A stretch of 59,165 nt of DNA from Gaiellaceae bacterium (GTDB lineage Bacteria > Actinomycetota > Thermoleophilia > Gaiellales > Gaiellaceae), in NCBI GenBank assembly GCA_035640035.1, contig DASQWX010000010.1, positions 1 through 59,165 of the forward strand, written 5' to 3'. How positions within the stretch are numbered: the first letter of the stretch is position 1; each line of letters begins with the position of its first letter. This document shows, piece after piece, positions 37,129 to 48,308 of the stretch. The position numbers and the translations under genes were made by a program. The notes under the pieces are model-generated. The model worked only from the letters and a program-made list of their open reading frames with translations. It was not told where the DNA came from and searched no databases.

Positions 37129-37135
37129 ACCGCGA

Positions 37136-37534
37136 ATGAGGCATCGCCATCCGCGCCGTGTTCGTAGCCGGCACCAGACCAGGCCGGGGCATTGGCATGT
37201 CCGCGCCCGCGTCGAGCGCTTCGTCGAGCCATCGCTCCTCCTACTGCTGCGAGAGCGTCCGCTGCACGGCTACGAGCTGATCGAGCGCCTGCCCGAGGTC
37301 GCAGGGGAGGGCCGTGTCGACGTCGGCAACCTCTACCGGCTGCTGCGCGCCCTCGAAGCCGAGGGGCTCGTCAGCTCCGAGTGGAGTGCGGACCTCCCGG
37401 GACCCGCGAAGCGCACCTACGAGCTGACCACCGAGGGTCGCCGCCTGCTCGACCGCTGGGCCGAGGCGCTCCGGCGCGCGCAGGGCGATGTGCAGAGCTT
37501 TCTCGACCGCTACGACGAAGCCGAGAGGAGGTGA
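37136..37534 (+). CDS. PadR family transcriptional regulator
   Basis: ...LLLLLRERPLHGYELIERL.......VGNLYRLLRALEAEGLV.S.W.......KRTYELT.EGR.... Confidence 0.85.
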   Translation: MRHRHPRRVRSRHQTRPGHWHVRARVERFVEPSLLLLLRERPLHGYELIERLPEVAGEGRVDVGNLYRLLRALEAEGLVSSEWSADLPGPAKRTYELTTEGRRLLDRWAEALRRAQGDVQSFLDRYDEAERR

Positions 37535-37538
37535 AGAC

Positions 37539-37721
37539 ATGCATGGAAGACGACACCACCGTGGACACGGCGGCTGCCGACCCGGCCGGCGTTTTCCCGA
37601 CGCGGAGACGCTGCTCCGGCGCCTCGAGGAGTACCAGCGCGACCTGGAGCAGGAGACGGCCGACGTGGCCGACCTGATCCGCCGCCTCAAGGAAGGGAAG
37701 ACGGAGACATCGGAGGTCTGA
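37539..37721 (+). CDS. Small His/Arg-rich coiled-coil protein (DUF5320-like), PadR partner
   Basis: 60 aa starting at ATG 37539, preceded by GAGGAGG. Sequence: MHGRRHHRGHGGCRPGRRFPDAETLLRRLEEYQRDLEQE.... Confidence 0.5.
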   Translation: MHGRRHHRGHGGCRPGRRFPDAETLLRRLEEYQRDLEQETADVADLIRRLKEGKTETSEV

Positions 37722-37754
37722 GCGATGGGCCCCGCTTGTCGCGGGGCATTCGCT

Positions 37755-38354
37755 CTACCGAATCGTGATGCGGTTCGGCGGCCAGTAGGTGATCGAGGCG
37801 GGCCCGATGAAGCTCGAGCGCTGCACGGGCCCCCAGTCGCGCGAGTCGCAGGAGGACCTGCGATTGTCGCCCATGACGAAGTACTGGCCCGGCTCGAGCT
37901 GCGGCCACCTGCCGGTGCGGTGGTCACGCCACTTCGCGGACACGTACTGCTTGGTCAAGCGCTTGCCGTTGACGAACACGGCGCCGTTGCGCTCGGACAC
38001 CTCCTCGCCGGGAAGCCCGATCACGCGCTTGATGAAGGTGAGCGAGCCGGACTCGCCGCAGCTCGCTGCGCCGGGTGGAGCGTGGAAGACCGCGATCTCG
38101 CCGCGGCGCGGGCCGCGAAAGCGGTAGATGATCCGGAGCGCGATGACTCGGTCGGAGTAGTGGGCCAGGCAGCCGCGGCCCGGCCGGGCGCAGTGCAGCG
38201 TGGGCTCCATCGACGACGAAGGGACGCGGTATGGCTTCGCCACCTCGGCCTCGAAGATGAGCACGAGCGCGACTGCGACGGCGATCGTCAGAACCCAGTC
38301 GAGCACCCTCCGCCAGGACCGGGGCAGGCGGCCGAAGAGACGGTCGGCGATCAT
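37755..38354 (-). CDS. lepB: Signal peptidase I (S26)
   Basis: SSSMEPTL (catalytic Ser box), ...KRVIGLPGE..., GDNRRSSCDSRDWGPV. Start taken at ATG 38354 (MIADRLFG...). The track's start at 38447 lies inside a hairpin. Confidence 0.85.
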   Translation of the reverse strand: MIADRLFGRLPRSWRRVLDWVLTIAVAVALVLIFEAEVAKPYRVPSSSMEPTLHCARPGRGCLAHYSDRVIALRIIYRFRGPRRGEIAVFHAPPGAASCGESGSLTFIKRVIGLPGEEVSERNGAVFVNGKRLTKQYVSAKWRDHRTGRWPQLEPGQYFVMGDNRRSSCDSRDWGPVQRSSFIGPASITYWPPNRITIR

Positions 38355-38426
38355 CCCTCGCGGGTTTTGGCCGGCGCTGGCGACAAGGTTGCTATCCTGC
38401 CAGCACCACATTTCACCGGCTTGGCG

Positions 38427-38452
38427 AAATGGGCGCGCGGCGCCCATTTTTT
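38427..38452 (+). terminator. Intrinsic-terminator-like hairpin 40 nt upstream of rimP (candidate leader attenuator)
   Basis: AAATGGGCGC-GCG-GCGCCCATTT followed by TTTAT. Read another way, the core GGGCGC/GCGCCC stem is followed by a run of six T. Confidence 0.4.
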
Positions 38453-38492
38453 ATGAGTCCGGTTGAGGTGACGCGAGTTTCGGGAGGAGTCG

Positions 38493-38942
38493 ATGCAAGA
38501 CGTGCACACAAGGGAGCGGCAGCTCGAGCAGGAGCTGACCGGGCGAATCGAGGAGCGCGTGCCGGGCACGGAGGTGCTCGCCGTCGAGCTGCTCGGGCCC
38601 GACCGCTTCTGCGTCTACATCGACCATCCCGGGGGCGTCGACCACGCGCTCTGTGAGCGCGTCACGCGTGAACTCGACGACTATCGCCGCGAGTACACGA
38701 TCGACGTTTCCTCGCCGGGGCTCGAGCGCCCGCTGCGCAAGCCGGCGCACTTCGAGCGCTTCGTCGGCCGGAGGGTCGCGCTCCGAACGTCTTCGGAGAT
38801 CGCCGGCCGGAAGAAGTTTCGCGGGTCTCTACTCGAGGCCGGCGAGGAGACCATCAGCGTCGGCGCCGGAGGCGGCGACGCCGTCCTCATCCCGTACGAG
38901 CAGATCGTCCGGGGCAACCTGATCGACGAGGGAAGCAAATGA
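38493..38942 (+). CDS. rimP: Ribosome maturation factor RimP
   Basis: ...VSSPGLERPLRKPAHFERFVGRRV.... SD GGGAGGAG upstream. The stop overlaps the nusA start. Confidence 0.9.
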   Translation: MQDVHTRERQLEQELTGRIEERVPGTEVLAVELLGPDRFCVYIDHPGGVDHALCERVTRELDDYRREYTIDVSSPGLERPLRKPAHFERFVGRRVALRTSSEIAGRKKFRGSLLEAGEETISVGAGGGDAVLIPYEQIVRGNLIDEGSK

Positions 38943-40510
38943 GCCGAGAGATCATCGAGTTCGTCCAGGAGCTCGAACGTGACAAGGGGATTGAGTCCGA
39001 GACGCTGATCGAGGCGCTCGAGGACGCATTGCTCGCCGCGTACAAGAAGACGCCCGGCGCGTCGCGCCACGCGATCGTCGAGCTCGACCGCGACGGGGGA
39101 GACTTCCGCGTGTACTCGATCGAGCTGCCATCCGACATCGAGGAGCGGCTGCTGGAGGAGGCGCGCGAGCGCGTGCTGACCGAGCTCGAGCAGGCCGAAG
39201 AGGAGACGGGCGAGCGCTCGCACGTGCTCGTCCAGGACGAGGATCTCGAGATCGACTGGTCCGACGTCCCCGAGGAGCAGGTCAAGCGCGCGGACGTGAC
39301 ACCGGAGAACTTCGGCCGCATCGCGGCGCAGACGGCGAAGCAGGTGATCACCCAGCGGATCCGCGAGGCCGAGCGCCAGATGATGTACGAGGAGTACATC
39401 GACCGGGTCTCGGAGGTCGTCACCGGGATCGTCCAGCAGGCGGGCGACCGCAACAACGTCCTCGTCGACCTCGGCAAGGTCGAGGCGCTCCTGCCCCGCT
39501 CCGAGCAGGTCGACGGGGAGCGCTACGAGCAGGGCTCACGGATTAAGGCCGTGATCACCGAGGTCCGGTCTGGCACCAAGGGCCCGCAGGTGATCGTCTC
39601 CAGGCGCGATCCAGAGCTGATCAAGACCCTGTTCGAGCTCGAGGTCCCCGAGATCGCCGACAGTCTCGTCGAGATCCGCGGCGTCGCTCGGGAGCCCGGG
39701 TACCGCTCGAAGATCGCGGTCGAGTCGCACGCGCAGGGTGTCGACCCGGTCGGCGCGTGCGTGGGCCCGCGCGGCTCGCGCGTGCGCATGGTGGTCTCCG
39801 AGCTGCGCGGCGAGAAGATCGACATCATCCCCTGGAACCCGGAGCCGGCGCGCTTCGTCGCCAAGGCGCTCTCGCCAGCGCGGGTCCGAGAGGTCTACCT
39901 CGACGACGATGCTAAGGAGGCAACGGTTGTCACGCCGGACGACCAGCTGGCCCTCGCAATCGGCAAGGAGGGCATGAACGCACGGCTGGCCGCGCGCCTT
40001 ACGGGCTGGAAGATCGATATCCAGTCCGACAGCGAGTTCGCGCAGGCCGAGGCGGAAGCCGCGTTCGGCGGCGTCGGCGAGGAGGAGGAGTTCACCGGCC
40101 GCTGTGCGGCGATCCTGGCCAACGGCAAGCGCTGCCCGAACGCAGCGCTGCCCGGCTCCCGCTACTGCGGCGTGCCCGCTCACCAGGAGCTGGCGAGCCG
40201 CCAGGAGGAGGAGCCCGACGCCGAGCCAATCGTTACCGAGCCCGAGCCGGAGCTCGAGGCGCTCGCCGAGGAGCTCCCGCCCGACGCCGAGGCGGTCGGC
40301 CCGGCCGTGCCCGAGCCTGGCGCGGAGCCGGTCGAGTCCGAGGCGCCGGCCGATGCCGCGGCGACGCACGGCCCACCGGCAACCGCGATCGCGGAGGCCG
40401 AGGACGAGGTCGACCTGGACATCTCGCATCCCGACGACGCCCCGCCGGAAGAGGTTCCGGCCGGGATTCCCGTCGAGCCGGAGGGCGAGGAGGGCACCAG
40501 CGCTGCGTGA
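38939..40510 (+). CDS. nusA: Transcription termination/antitermination factor NusA with an unusual Cys3His + acidic Pro/Glu/Ala-rich C-terminal extension
   Basis: N-terminus [18 protein letters not shown]..., S1 and KH domains (...[10 protein letters not shown]...[23 protein letters not shown]). Extension: [27 protein letters not shown] followed by about 110 acidic residues. Confidence 0.95.
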   Translation: MSREIIEFVQELERDKGIESETLIEALEDALLAAYKKTPGASRHAIVELDRDGGDFRVYSIELPSDIEERLLEEARERVLTELEQAEEETGERSHVLVQDEDLEIDWSDVPEEQVKRADVTPENFGRIAAQTAKQVITQRIREAERQMMYEEYIDRVSEVVTGIVQQAGDRNNVLVDLGKVEALLPRSEQVDGERYEQGSRIKAVITEVRSGTKGPQVIVSRRDPELIKTLFELEVPEIADSLVEIRGVAREPGYRSKIAVESHAQGVDPVGACVGPRGSRVRMVVSELRGEKIDIIPWNPEPARFVAKALSPARVREVYLDDDAKEATVVTPDDQLALAIGKEGMNARLAARLTGWKIDIQSDSEFAQAEAEAAFGGVGEEEEFTGRCAAILANGKRCPNAALPGSRYCGVPAHQELASRQEEEPDAEPIVTEPEPELEALAEELPPDAEAVGPAVPEPGAEPVESEAPADAAATHGPPATAIAEAEDEVDLDISHPDDAPPEEVPAGIPVEPEGEEGTSAA

Positions 40511-40583
40511 GCGTGCCAACAATGGAGGCGCTTCTAAGTTCGGTCGGCGCGGTGCTGAGCGACGGGGATCAGCGGCCGCCCGA

Positions 40584-40854
40584 GTGAATCGGGCGGCCTC
40601 TTTAGCGACTTCGCAAGCGAAGTCGTGGCGGACGTGTGCCGGCTGCGGGCGGAAAGCGGCGCAGGCCGAGCTCATCCGCTTCGTCGCGCGCGAGGGCATT
40701 CTCACGCCTGGCCCGAAGGCGCCGGGACGCGGCGTCTACACCTGCCGCAGTCTCGCGTGTTTCGAGCGGGCCGCGTCACGGGCGGCCTTCAACAGAGTCC
40801 TTCGACAGACCGTGCGCGTAGATCCAGCACTGGCACGGCTCTACACTGACGCCG

Positions 40855-40862
<8 letters not shown>
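40584..40862 (+). CDS. ylxR: YlxR/DUF448 family RNA-binding protein
   Basis: RTCAGCGRKAAQAELIRFV...GRGVYTC.S..C. It is the 3' part of the shadow ORF 40104-40862. The GTG 40584 start is tentative. Confidence 0.75.
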
Positions 40863-42823
<1,961 letters not shown>

Positions 42824-42831
<8 letters not shown>

Positions 42832-44038
42832 GCGGCCGGAAGGTCCACAGACCGCCGACCATGTCGGCGGCGACCACGTACTTGCGGGTCGGGTAGACGC
42901 CCCACGTGTACGTGCACCTTCCCTTCGCGCAGAACTCGTTCTCGGGATCGCGTGTCGACGGCGGCAGGAACTGTGCGACGAACCGCGGGTGCCGCGGGTT
43001 CGAGATGTCGGCGACGACCACCCCGAGCGCGTACCAGGAGAAGTACGCGCGGTGCCCGATGATCTTCGGGTCGTGGACGCCGAGCGTGAACCCGTTGGCG
43101 CCCCGCTGCCTGGCCTGGGCCACGAGGCGCGCGGGCGGCTTGAAGACGCTCAGCAGGTGTGGCTTGCGGGGGTTCGAGATGTCCCAGAACGACGGCCGCC
43201 CGCCGTTCGTCTCGTGCGTCTCGATCATCACCTTTCCGTTCGGAGTGATCGCGGTCGAGTGGGCTGAGCCCTGGCGGTCCGTCGTCTTGCCGAGGTACGT
43301 CGGGTGCGCCGGCTTCGAGATGTCGAGGATGACCGTCCCGAGGTTCCAGTACGAGAGATAGGCGCGCGTCGCGGCGGCGTTGACCCGCACCGAGTGGACG
43401 AAGGTGCCGATCTTGCCGGCGCGCAAGCTCTCGGGCGCGATCCACGAGCCGATCTCGACCGGTTGGCGGGGATCGGTCGCGTCGAAGATCCGGAATCCGG
43501 GGCTCGGCGGATGGCCGGGGAACTCGGCGAGCGGGATCGCCGTGTAGACGTAGGCGCGTCGCCCGACCGGCTGGAGCCAGATCTCGTGCGAGCCGCCGGG
43601 GTCGGTGCGCACGAGCGAGAGCTGCTTCGGCGCTCGCGGCTTCGTCACGTCGTAGAGGCCGAACCCGCGGTAGGAGTTCGTCCCCGGGCAGTTCTGGAAG
43701 CTGACCGCCGCAAGCTCGCCGGTGAAGCTCGGCGTCGCCACATGCCGGACGATGGTCTTCTCCGTCCATGTCCCGCGGACGGAGAGGTCGGACGCGGCAT
43801 CGGCGAAGGTCGACACCCGCCGAGGATGGTTCGGCTTGCTCAGGTTGTAGACCCGGACCCCCTGCGCCGGGCAGCTGGCGCCGTGCCAGCTCGAGAGGTA
43901 CGCGAAGCCGTTGTGGACGAAGACGTCGCCGGAGTAGCCGCCGCCGGGATATGCATGACCGAGCGGACGGATCCGGTCGACAGACGCCGGCGAGAAGGCG
44001 ACGACGACGGCGCCCAGCACTCCGAGGAGAATCCGCAT
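42824..44038 (-). CDS. Secreted LVIVD-repeat beta-propeller protein
   Basis: Signal peptide MRILLGVLGAVVVAF. Repeats VVVADISNPRHP, FWDISNPRKP, VILDISKPAHP, RIFDATDPRQP. Its stop overlaps the infB stop (CTACTTAG). Confidence 0.8.
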
Positions 44039-44092
44039 GCCTGCTTAGACGACCGATCTGCCACGTTGGTAGGAGGGTTGTTCAATACAGCC

Positions 44093-44395
44093 GTGGGCTC
44101 GGGTTACGTCGGAATCCTCTCGGTGGAGCTGCATTTCCCCGAGGGCGGCTCGCTGAAAGGCAAGCGCAAGTACGTCAAGTCGGCGAAGGCGCAGCTACAG
44201 CAACGGTTCGGCGCCTCGGTCGCGGAGGTCGACCATCACCAGCTCTGGCAGCGCGCCCGGCTGACGCTCTCGTGCGTCGCTCGCGATCACCACGAGCTGC
44301 TCGAGCTGCTGGACGGCGCAGAGCGCTATCTGGCCGGTCAAGAATTCGAGCTCGTCGGGGTCGAGCGAGAGATCGTCTCGCTCGAGGACGTTTAG
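44093..44395 (+). CDS. DUF503 family protein (commonly found between infB and rbfA)
   Basis: ...GILSVELHFPEGGSLKGKRKYVKS.KAQLQQRF..SVAEVDHHQLWQRA.L. The start is tentative (GTG 44093 or TTG 44078). It is the 3' part of the shadow ORF 43304-44395. Confidence 0.7.
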   Translation: MGSGYVGILSVELHFPEGGSLKGKRKYVKSAKAQLQQRFGASVAEVDHHQLWQRARLTLSCVARDHHELLELLDGAERYLAGQEFELVGVEREIVSLEDV

Positions 44396-45141
44396 ACGGC
44401 CGCCTGCGCGAGGGTAACCGTGCCCGCGAACAGGAGGACGACTCCGACCGCGCGCAAGAGCTGCCGCTCGTCGAGGCGGCCGGTCAGACGGGACCCCAGT
44501 ATGGCACCCGGGACCGACGCGCCCGCGCCGATCGCAAACGCGATCCAGTCGATCCCGCTCGGGAGATGGCCGACAATTCCGGCGGCGCCAACGAAGACGC
44601 CGACGAGCAGGTTGGTGCCGACCGCCCGGACGGGCCGCTCGCCGACGAAGCGCAGCAGGGCCGGCATCCGCAGGGAGCCGAGGATCAGGCCGACGACGCC
44701 GCCCAGGAATCCGATCACGGCCCCGCTGACGACCGCAGCGGGAATGTTGAGCCGGTCGCGACGCTTCGCCGGCTCGCGTCGGCGAAGGAGGTCGATTCCG
44801 AAGCCGAGTAGAACGATGCCGATGACGATCAGCAAGATGGTGCCGGGCAGGGCGCCGGAGACGAGGCCGCCGAGAATCGCGCCCGCGACGGACGGCGGCG
44901 CCATCCACCAGAACACGCGCCAGTGAATCCGGCCGGCGCGCAGCTGAGTGACAGCCGCGGTGCTCGCCGCGATGCCGGAGACGCCGATGTTCGCCCCGGC
45001 TCCCGCGGCCGGGCTCGACGAGACCAGCAAGAGCGCGGGCAGACGGATATTTCCGAGCACGAGCCCGACGAGCCCGCCCGCGAGCGCGGTCACGAAGCAC
45101 CACGCCGCCACCGCGGCGAGCGCGAGCGCGTGCAGGGCCAC
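44392..45141 (-). CDS. TauE/SafE (DUF81) family membrane exporter
   Basis: About 8 TM helices with Gly-rich repeats (GGLVGLVLGNIRLPALL..., GFLGGVVGLILGSLRMPALL). Start trimmed to GTG 45141 because the track's N-terminal 139 aa is antisense to rbfA. Confidence 0.8.
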   Translation of the reverse strand: MALHALALAAVAAWCFVTALAGGLVGLVLGNIRLPALLLVSSSPAAGAGANIGVSGIAASTAAVTQLRAGRIHWRVFWWMAPPSVAGAILGGLVSGALPGTILLIVIGIVLLGFGIDLLRRREPAKRRDRLNIPAAVVSGAVIGFLGGVVGLILGSLRMPALLRFVGERPVRAVGTNLLVGVFVGAAGIVGHLPSGIDWIAFAIGAGASVPGAILGSRLTGRLDERQLLRAVGVVLLFAGTVTLAQAAV

Positions 45142-45159
45142 GCCGGTTGAATACCAGGC

Positions 45160-45504
45160 ATGAGCGACCGAATGCGCCGCGTGAACGAGGCCGTCCGTCA
45201 GGTTCTGTCGGAGGCCGTCGGCGAGCTCAAGGACCCGCGGATCGGCTTCGTCACCGTTACGGGCGTCGAGACGTCGCCGGACCTGCGGCACGCAAAGGTC
45301 TACGTGAGCGTCTTCGGCTCGGAGGAGAGCCGGCAGGAGAGCCTCGCCGGCCTGGAGGCGGCCCACGGCGTCCTCCAGGGACGGCTCGCGCGGGAGCTCC
45401 GGCTGAAGAGGACCCCTCAGCTCGCGTTCGAATACGATCCGACGGTCGAGCGCGGGGTCCGCATGACGCAGTTGATCGATGAGCTCGCCCCAGACGACGA
45501 CTGA
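45160..45504 (+). CDS. rbfA: Ribosome-binding factor A
   Basis: 114 aa: RRVNEAVRQVLSE....LKDPRIGFVTVTGVE.S.DLRHAKVYVS. Confidence 0.9.
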   Translation: MSDRMRRVNEAVRQVLSEAVGELKDPRIGFVTVTGVETSPDLRHAKVYVSVFGSEESRQESLAGLEAAHGVLQGRLARELRLKRTPQLAFEYDPTVERGVRMTQLIDELAPDDD

Positions 45505-46483
45505 AATAGCCGCGGTCGCCGACGCGATCCGCTCACACGACCGGTTTCTGCTCGTCACTCACGAGAATCCGGACGGCGATGCGCTCGGCTCGATCCTCGC
45601 GACGAAGCTGGCACTGGACCAGCTCGGCAAGGACAACGTCATGTACCTCTACGGCGATGCCCCACTGCCGGCGGAGTACGCGTTCATGCCGCTCGCCGAG
45701 CTGCGGCGGCGTCTCCCCGACGATTGGCGAGAACGGGTCCTGATCGCCGTCGACTGCGCGAACGAAAGTCGCCTCGGGCCCGAGCCGGAGCCGCTTACGG
45801 GGGCTCCGCTCATCGTCAACATCGACCACCATCACGACAACACGCGCTTCGGAGCGATCAACCTGATCGTTCCGACCGCCTCGTCGACCGGCGAGGTGCT
45901 CCGCGACGTCTTCGCGGAGCTGGGGATCGAGCTGACGCCGGAGATCGCCGAGGCGTTGTACATCGCGCTCGTCACCGACACGGGCCGATTTCAGTACTCG
46001 AACACGACCGCAAAAGCGCTCCGCCTCGCTGCGGAGCTGGTCGAGGCCGGCGCGGACGTCCACCGGATCTTCCGCGGTGTCTACGAGACCGTGCAGTTCG
46101 CGAAGCTGAAGCTGCTCGCCCGTGCGCTCGAGCGTGCGCAGATCTACGACGGCGGCCGCCTCGTCGTCTCGTATCTGCTGCGCAGCGACTTCTCGGACAT
46201 CGGCGCGGCCGAGGCCTACTCGGAGGGAATCATCGACTACCTCCGTGCCGTCGAAGGCGCGGACATGGCGGCCCTGATCCGCGAGCCGCCGCGCTCGGAC
46301 GGCCCGACCCGGCGCATCAGCCTTCGCTCGAGCAACGACGAGCTCGACGTGTCGGCGATTGCGCGCAAGTGGGGTGGGGGAGGCCACCGGCAGGCCGCCG
46401 GCTTCTCGAGCGACGCCTCGGTCGACGAGATCACCGATTTCATCCAACGCGAGTTCCTCGCGAGTGCCCCCACGCGCTCGTAG
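45479..46483 (+). CDS. nrnA: DHH/DHHA1 phosphoesterase (NrnA-type oligoribonuclease/pAp phosphatase)
   Basis: THENPDGDALGS, NIDHHHDN, GGGHRQAAGF. Confidence 0.85.
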   Translation: MSSPQTTTEIAAVADAIRSHDRFLLVTHENPDGDALGSILATKLALDQLGKDNVMYLYGDAPLPAEYAFMPLAELRRRLPDDWRERVLIAVDCANESRLGPEPEPLTGAPLIVNIDHHHDNTRFGAINLIVPTASSTGEVLRDVFAELGIELTPEIAEALYIALVTDTGRFQYSNTTAKALRLAAELVEAGADVHRIFRGVYETVQFAKLKLLARALERAQIYDGGRLVVSYLLRSDFSDIGAAEAYSEGIIDYLRAVEGADMAALIREPPRSDGPTRRISLRSSNDELDVSAIARKWGGGGHRQAAGFSSDASVDEITDFIQREFLASAPTRS

Positions 46484-47153
46484 TCCCAGCGGCCTGATCC
46501 TCGTCGACAAGCCGGCAGGCCCGTCGTCGTTCGCGGTCGTCGCCGAGGTTCGCCGACGGACCGGAGCGCGCACCGGCCACGCGGGCACGCTGGATCCGTT
46601 CGCAACAGGTCTCCTGCTCCTGTTGTCCGGTACGGCAACTAAGCTCGCCTCATGCTTCGTCGGCCTCGACAAGCGGTACCTCACGGACATCGACCTGAGG
46701 GCCCGAACGTCGACGGGAGACCGCGAAGGGGGGATCGTCGAGAGCTCGGAGCCGCCGACCGAGGGCGAGCTGGTGCGCCGGCTCGAGGGCCTCCGCGGCG
46801 ACGTCGAGCTGCCGATCCCGGCCGCGTCCGCGGTCAAGGTCGGCGGCGAGCGCGCCTATCGGCTGCATCGGCGCGGTGTCGAGGTGGAGATGCCGACCCG
46901 CCGGTCCCGCGTAGACGCGCTCGACCTGATCGCGTATAGAGACGGCGTCGCGCGCCTGGATCTCCGGGTCGGCTCCGGCACGTACATTCGTGCCATCGCC
47001 GACGTGCTCGGAGGACATTGCGCGACCTTGCGTCGGACCGAGGTGGGGCCGTTCCGGGTCGAGGAGGCCGATCCGAAGCGGCTGATCGCGCCCGACGAGG
47101 CGCTGGCTCGGATCGGCCGGGCCGCGGACGGCGGCCACGGGGGCGCTTCGTGA
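46464..47153 (+). CDS. truB: tRNA pseudouridine(55) synthase
   Basis: GLILVDKPAGPSSF...GHAGTLDPFATGLLLLL.G.ATKL. The GTG 46464 start is tentative. Confidence 0.9.
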   Translation: MPPRARSPSGLILVDKPAGPSSFAVVAEVRRRTGARTGHAGTLDPFATGLLLLLSGTATKLASCFVGLDKRYLTDIDLRARTSTGDREGGIVESSEPPTEGELVRRLEGLRGDVELPIPAASAVKVGGERAYRLHRRGVEVEMPTRRSRVDALDLIAYRDGVARLDLRVGSGTYIRAIADVLGGHCATLRRTEVGPFRVEEADPKRLIAPDEALARIGRAADGGHGGAS

Positions 47154-48022
47154 ACGTCGCGCACGCCGCAGGTGAGCTCGAGCGTCGCCCTCGCGCGGTG
47201 GCACTCGGGACGTTCGACGGCGTCCACCTCGGCCACCGGCGCGTGCTCGAGGCTGCGCTTTCGGCGTCGCCCGGGCTCACCGCGACCGTGGTCACGTTCT
47301 GGCCGCATCCGCGGATCGTGCTCGGGAACGAGGTCGGCTTGCTGACCACGCTCGAGCGCAGGCTCGAGCTGCTCGCCGAAGCCGGTGCCGACGAGGTGCT
47401 GGTCGTGGAGTTCACGCCCGAGGTCGCGCAGCTGGAGCCGGAGGCGTTCGCCAAGGAGTTCCTGCGTCCGATCGGGACCGAGCTGGTCGTCGCCGGCGCA
47501 GACTTCCGGTTCGGGCGCGGACGGAGTGGAGATCTGCGGATGCTCGAGCAGTCCGGATTCTCGGTTGACGCCGTCGAGCTCGTGCCCGGCGTCTCGTCGA
47601 CCGCGATCAGGGAGCTCCTTCGCGACGGCAGCATCAAGGCTGGCGCGCGCCTGCTCGACCGGCCGGCCGAGGTCGAAGGCACCGTCGTCTCCGGGGACGC
47701 GCGCGGAGGCACGCTCGGCTATCCCACCGCGAACCTGCGCGTCGAACCGGACCTGCTCGTGCCCGCGTATGGGATCTACGCCGGCTGGACAGCGGGCCAC
47801 CGGGCTGCGGTCTCGATCGGGACGAACCCCCACTATGGCGGGAGAGAGCGACGTGTCGAGGCGTTCCTGCTCGACTTCGACGGCGATCTCTACGGCGAGC
47901 GCCTGATCGTCGAGCTCTGGGATCGCCTGCGGGAGGAGCGAGCGTTCGCGAGCGAAGAGGATCTCGTCGCCCAGATCACCCGCGACGTCGAGGAAACGCG
48001 TCTCACAGAGCGGCCGATCTGA
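47150..48022 (+). CDS. ribF: Bifunctional riboflavin kinase / FMN adenylyltransferase
   Basis: VALGTFDGVHLGHRRVL..., ...GDARGGTLGYPTANL...RVEAFLLDFDGDLYGE. GTG 47150 overlaps the truB stop (GTGA). Confidence 0.9.
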   Translation: MNVAHAAGELERRPRAVALGTFDGVHLGHRRVLEAALSASPGLTATVVTFWPHPRIVLGNEVGLLTTLERRLELLAEAGADEVLVVEFTPEVAQLEPEAFAKEFLRPIGTELVVAGADFRFGRGRSGDLRMLEQSGFSVDAVELVPGVSSTAIRELLRDGSIKAGARLLDRPAEVEGTVVSGDARGGTLGYPTANLRVEPDLLVPAYGIYAGWTAGHRAAVSIGTNPHYGGRERRVEAFLLDFDGDLYGERLIVELWDRLREERAFASEEDLVAQITRDVEETRLTERPI

Positions 48023-48122
48023 GTAAAGCTCACCCGCAAGTTCCGCAAAGAGCGGAATCTCTCTGGCGCGGGAGACGGTACGAGGAGACGGAGCGCCCCC
48101 CGCGCTCGAGCTTCTTCACGTC

Positions 48123-48308
48123 GTGCGTTGTCTCGGGTGCGATGCCCTCTACGCGAAGCCAAAGCACGGCGGCACCGTGATCGCGAATCCCGGGTGTCCG
48201 GCCTGCGGGTACGTCGGGTGGCTCACGACGTCGTCGGCAACGGCACTCGCGATGCGGCACCGCTTCGACGAGGATCGCCCGCGGCATCGTTCGGCGTTAC
48301 GAGGCTGA
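48123..48308 (+). CDS. Candidate small zinc-ribbon protein
   Basis: 61 aa with CLGC...(17)...CPAC and GC-rich third positions. Its 3' 86 nt overlap the convergent ggt 3' end, so the call is tentative. Confidence 0.35.
   Translation: MRCLGCDALYAKPKHGGTVIANPGCPACGYVGWLTTSSATALAMRHRFDEDRPRHRSALRG

Noticed and set aside
38376-38408. tRNA-like 3' fragment (GGTTGCTATCCTGCCAGCACCA) considered as a tRNA gene or as an att remnant paired with tRNA-Arg at 5587-5659
   Set aside because: No D-arm, anticodon arm or complementary 5' acceptor strand can be found upstream. The T-stem has only 3 bp. The 33 kb between it and the tRNA is core metabolism with no integrase, so it is not an island boundary. It is kept only as a curiosity within the rimP leader finding.
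42980-43330. Spaced DNA repeats GGTTCGAGATGTC at ~42996, ~43172 and ~43314 (the + strand frame reads GFEMS three times), considered as a possible repeat array or CRISPR
   Set aside because: The spacing is irregular and they lie inside a coding gene. On the minus strand they encode the (L/V)(I/V)xDISxP cores of LVIVD repeats.
45142-45558. N-terminal 139 codons of the 388-aa TauE ORF
   Set aside because: They are antisense to the clearly real rbfA gene and not membrane-like. The TauE gene was trimmed to GTG 45141.
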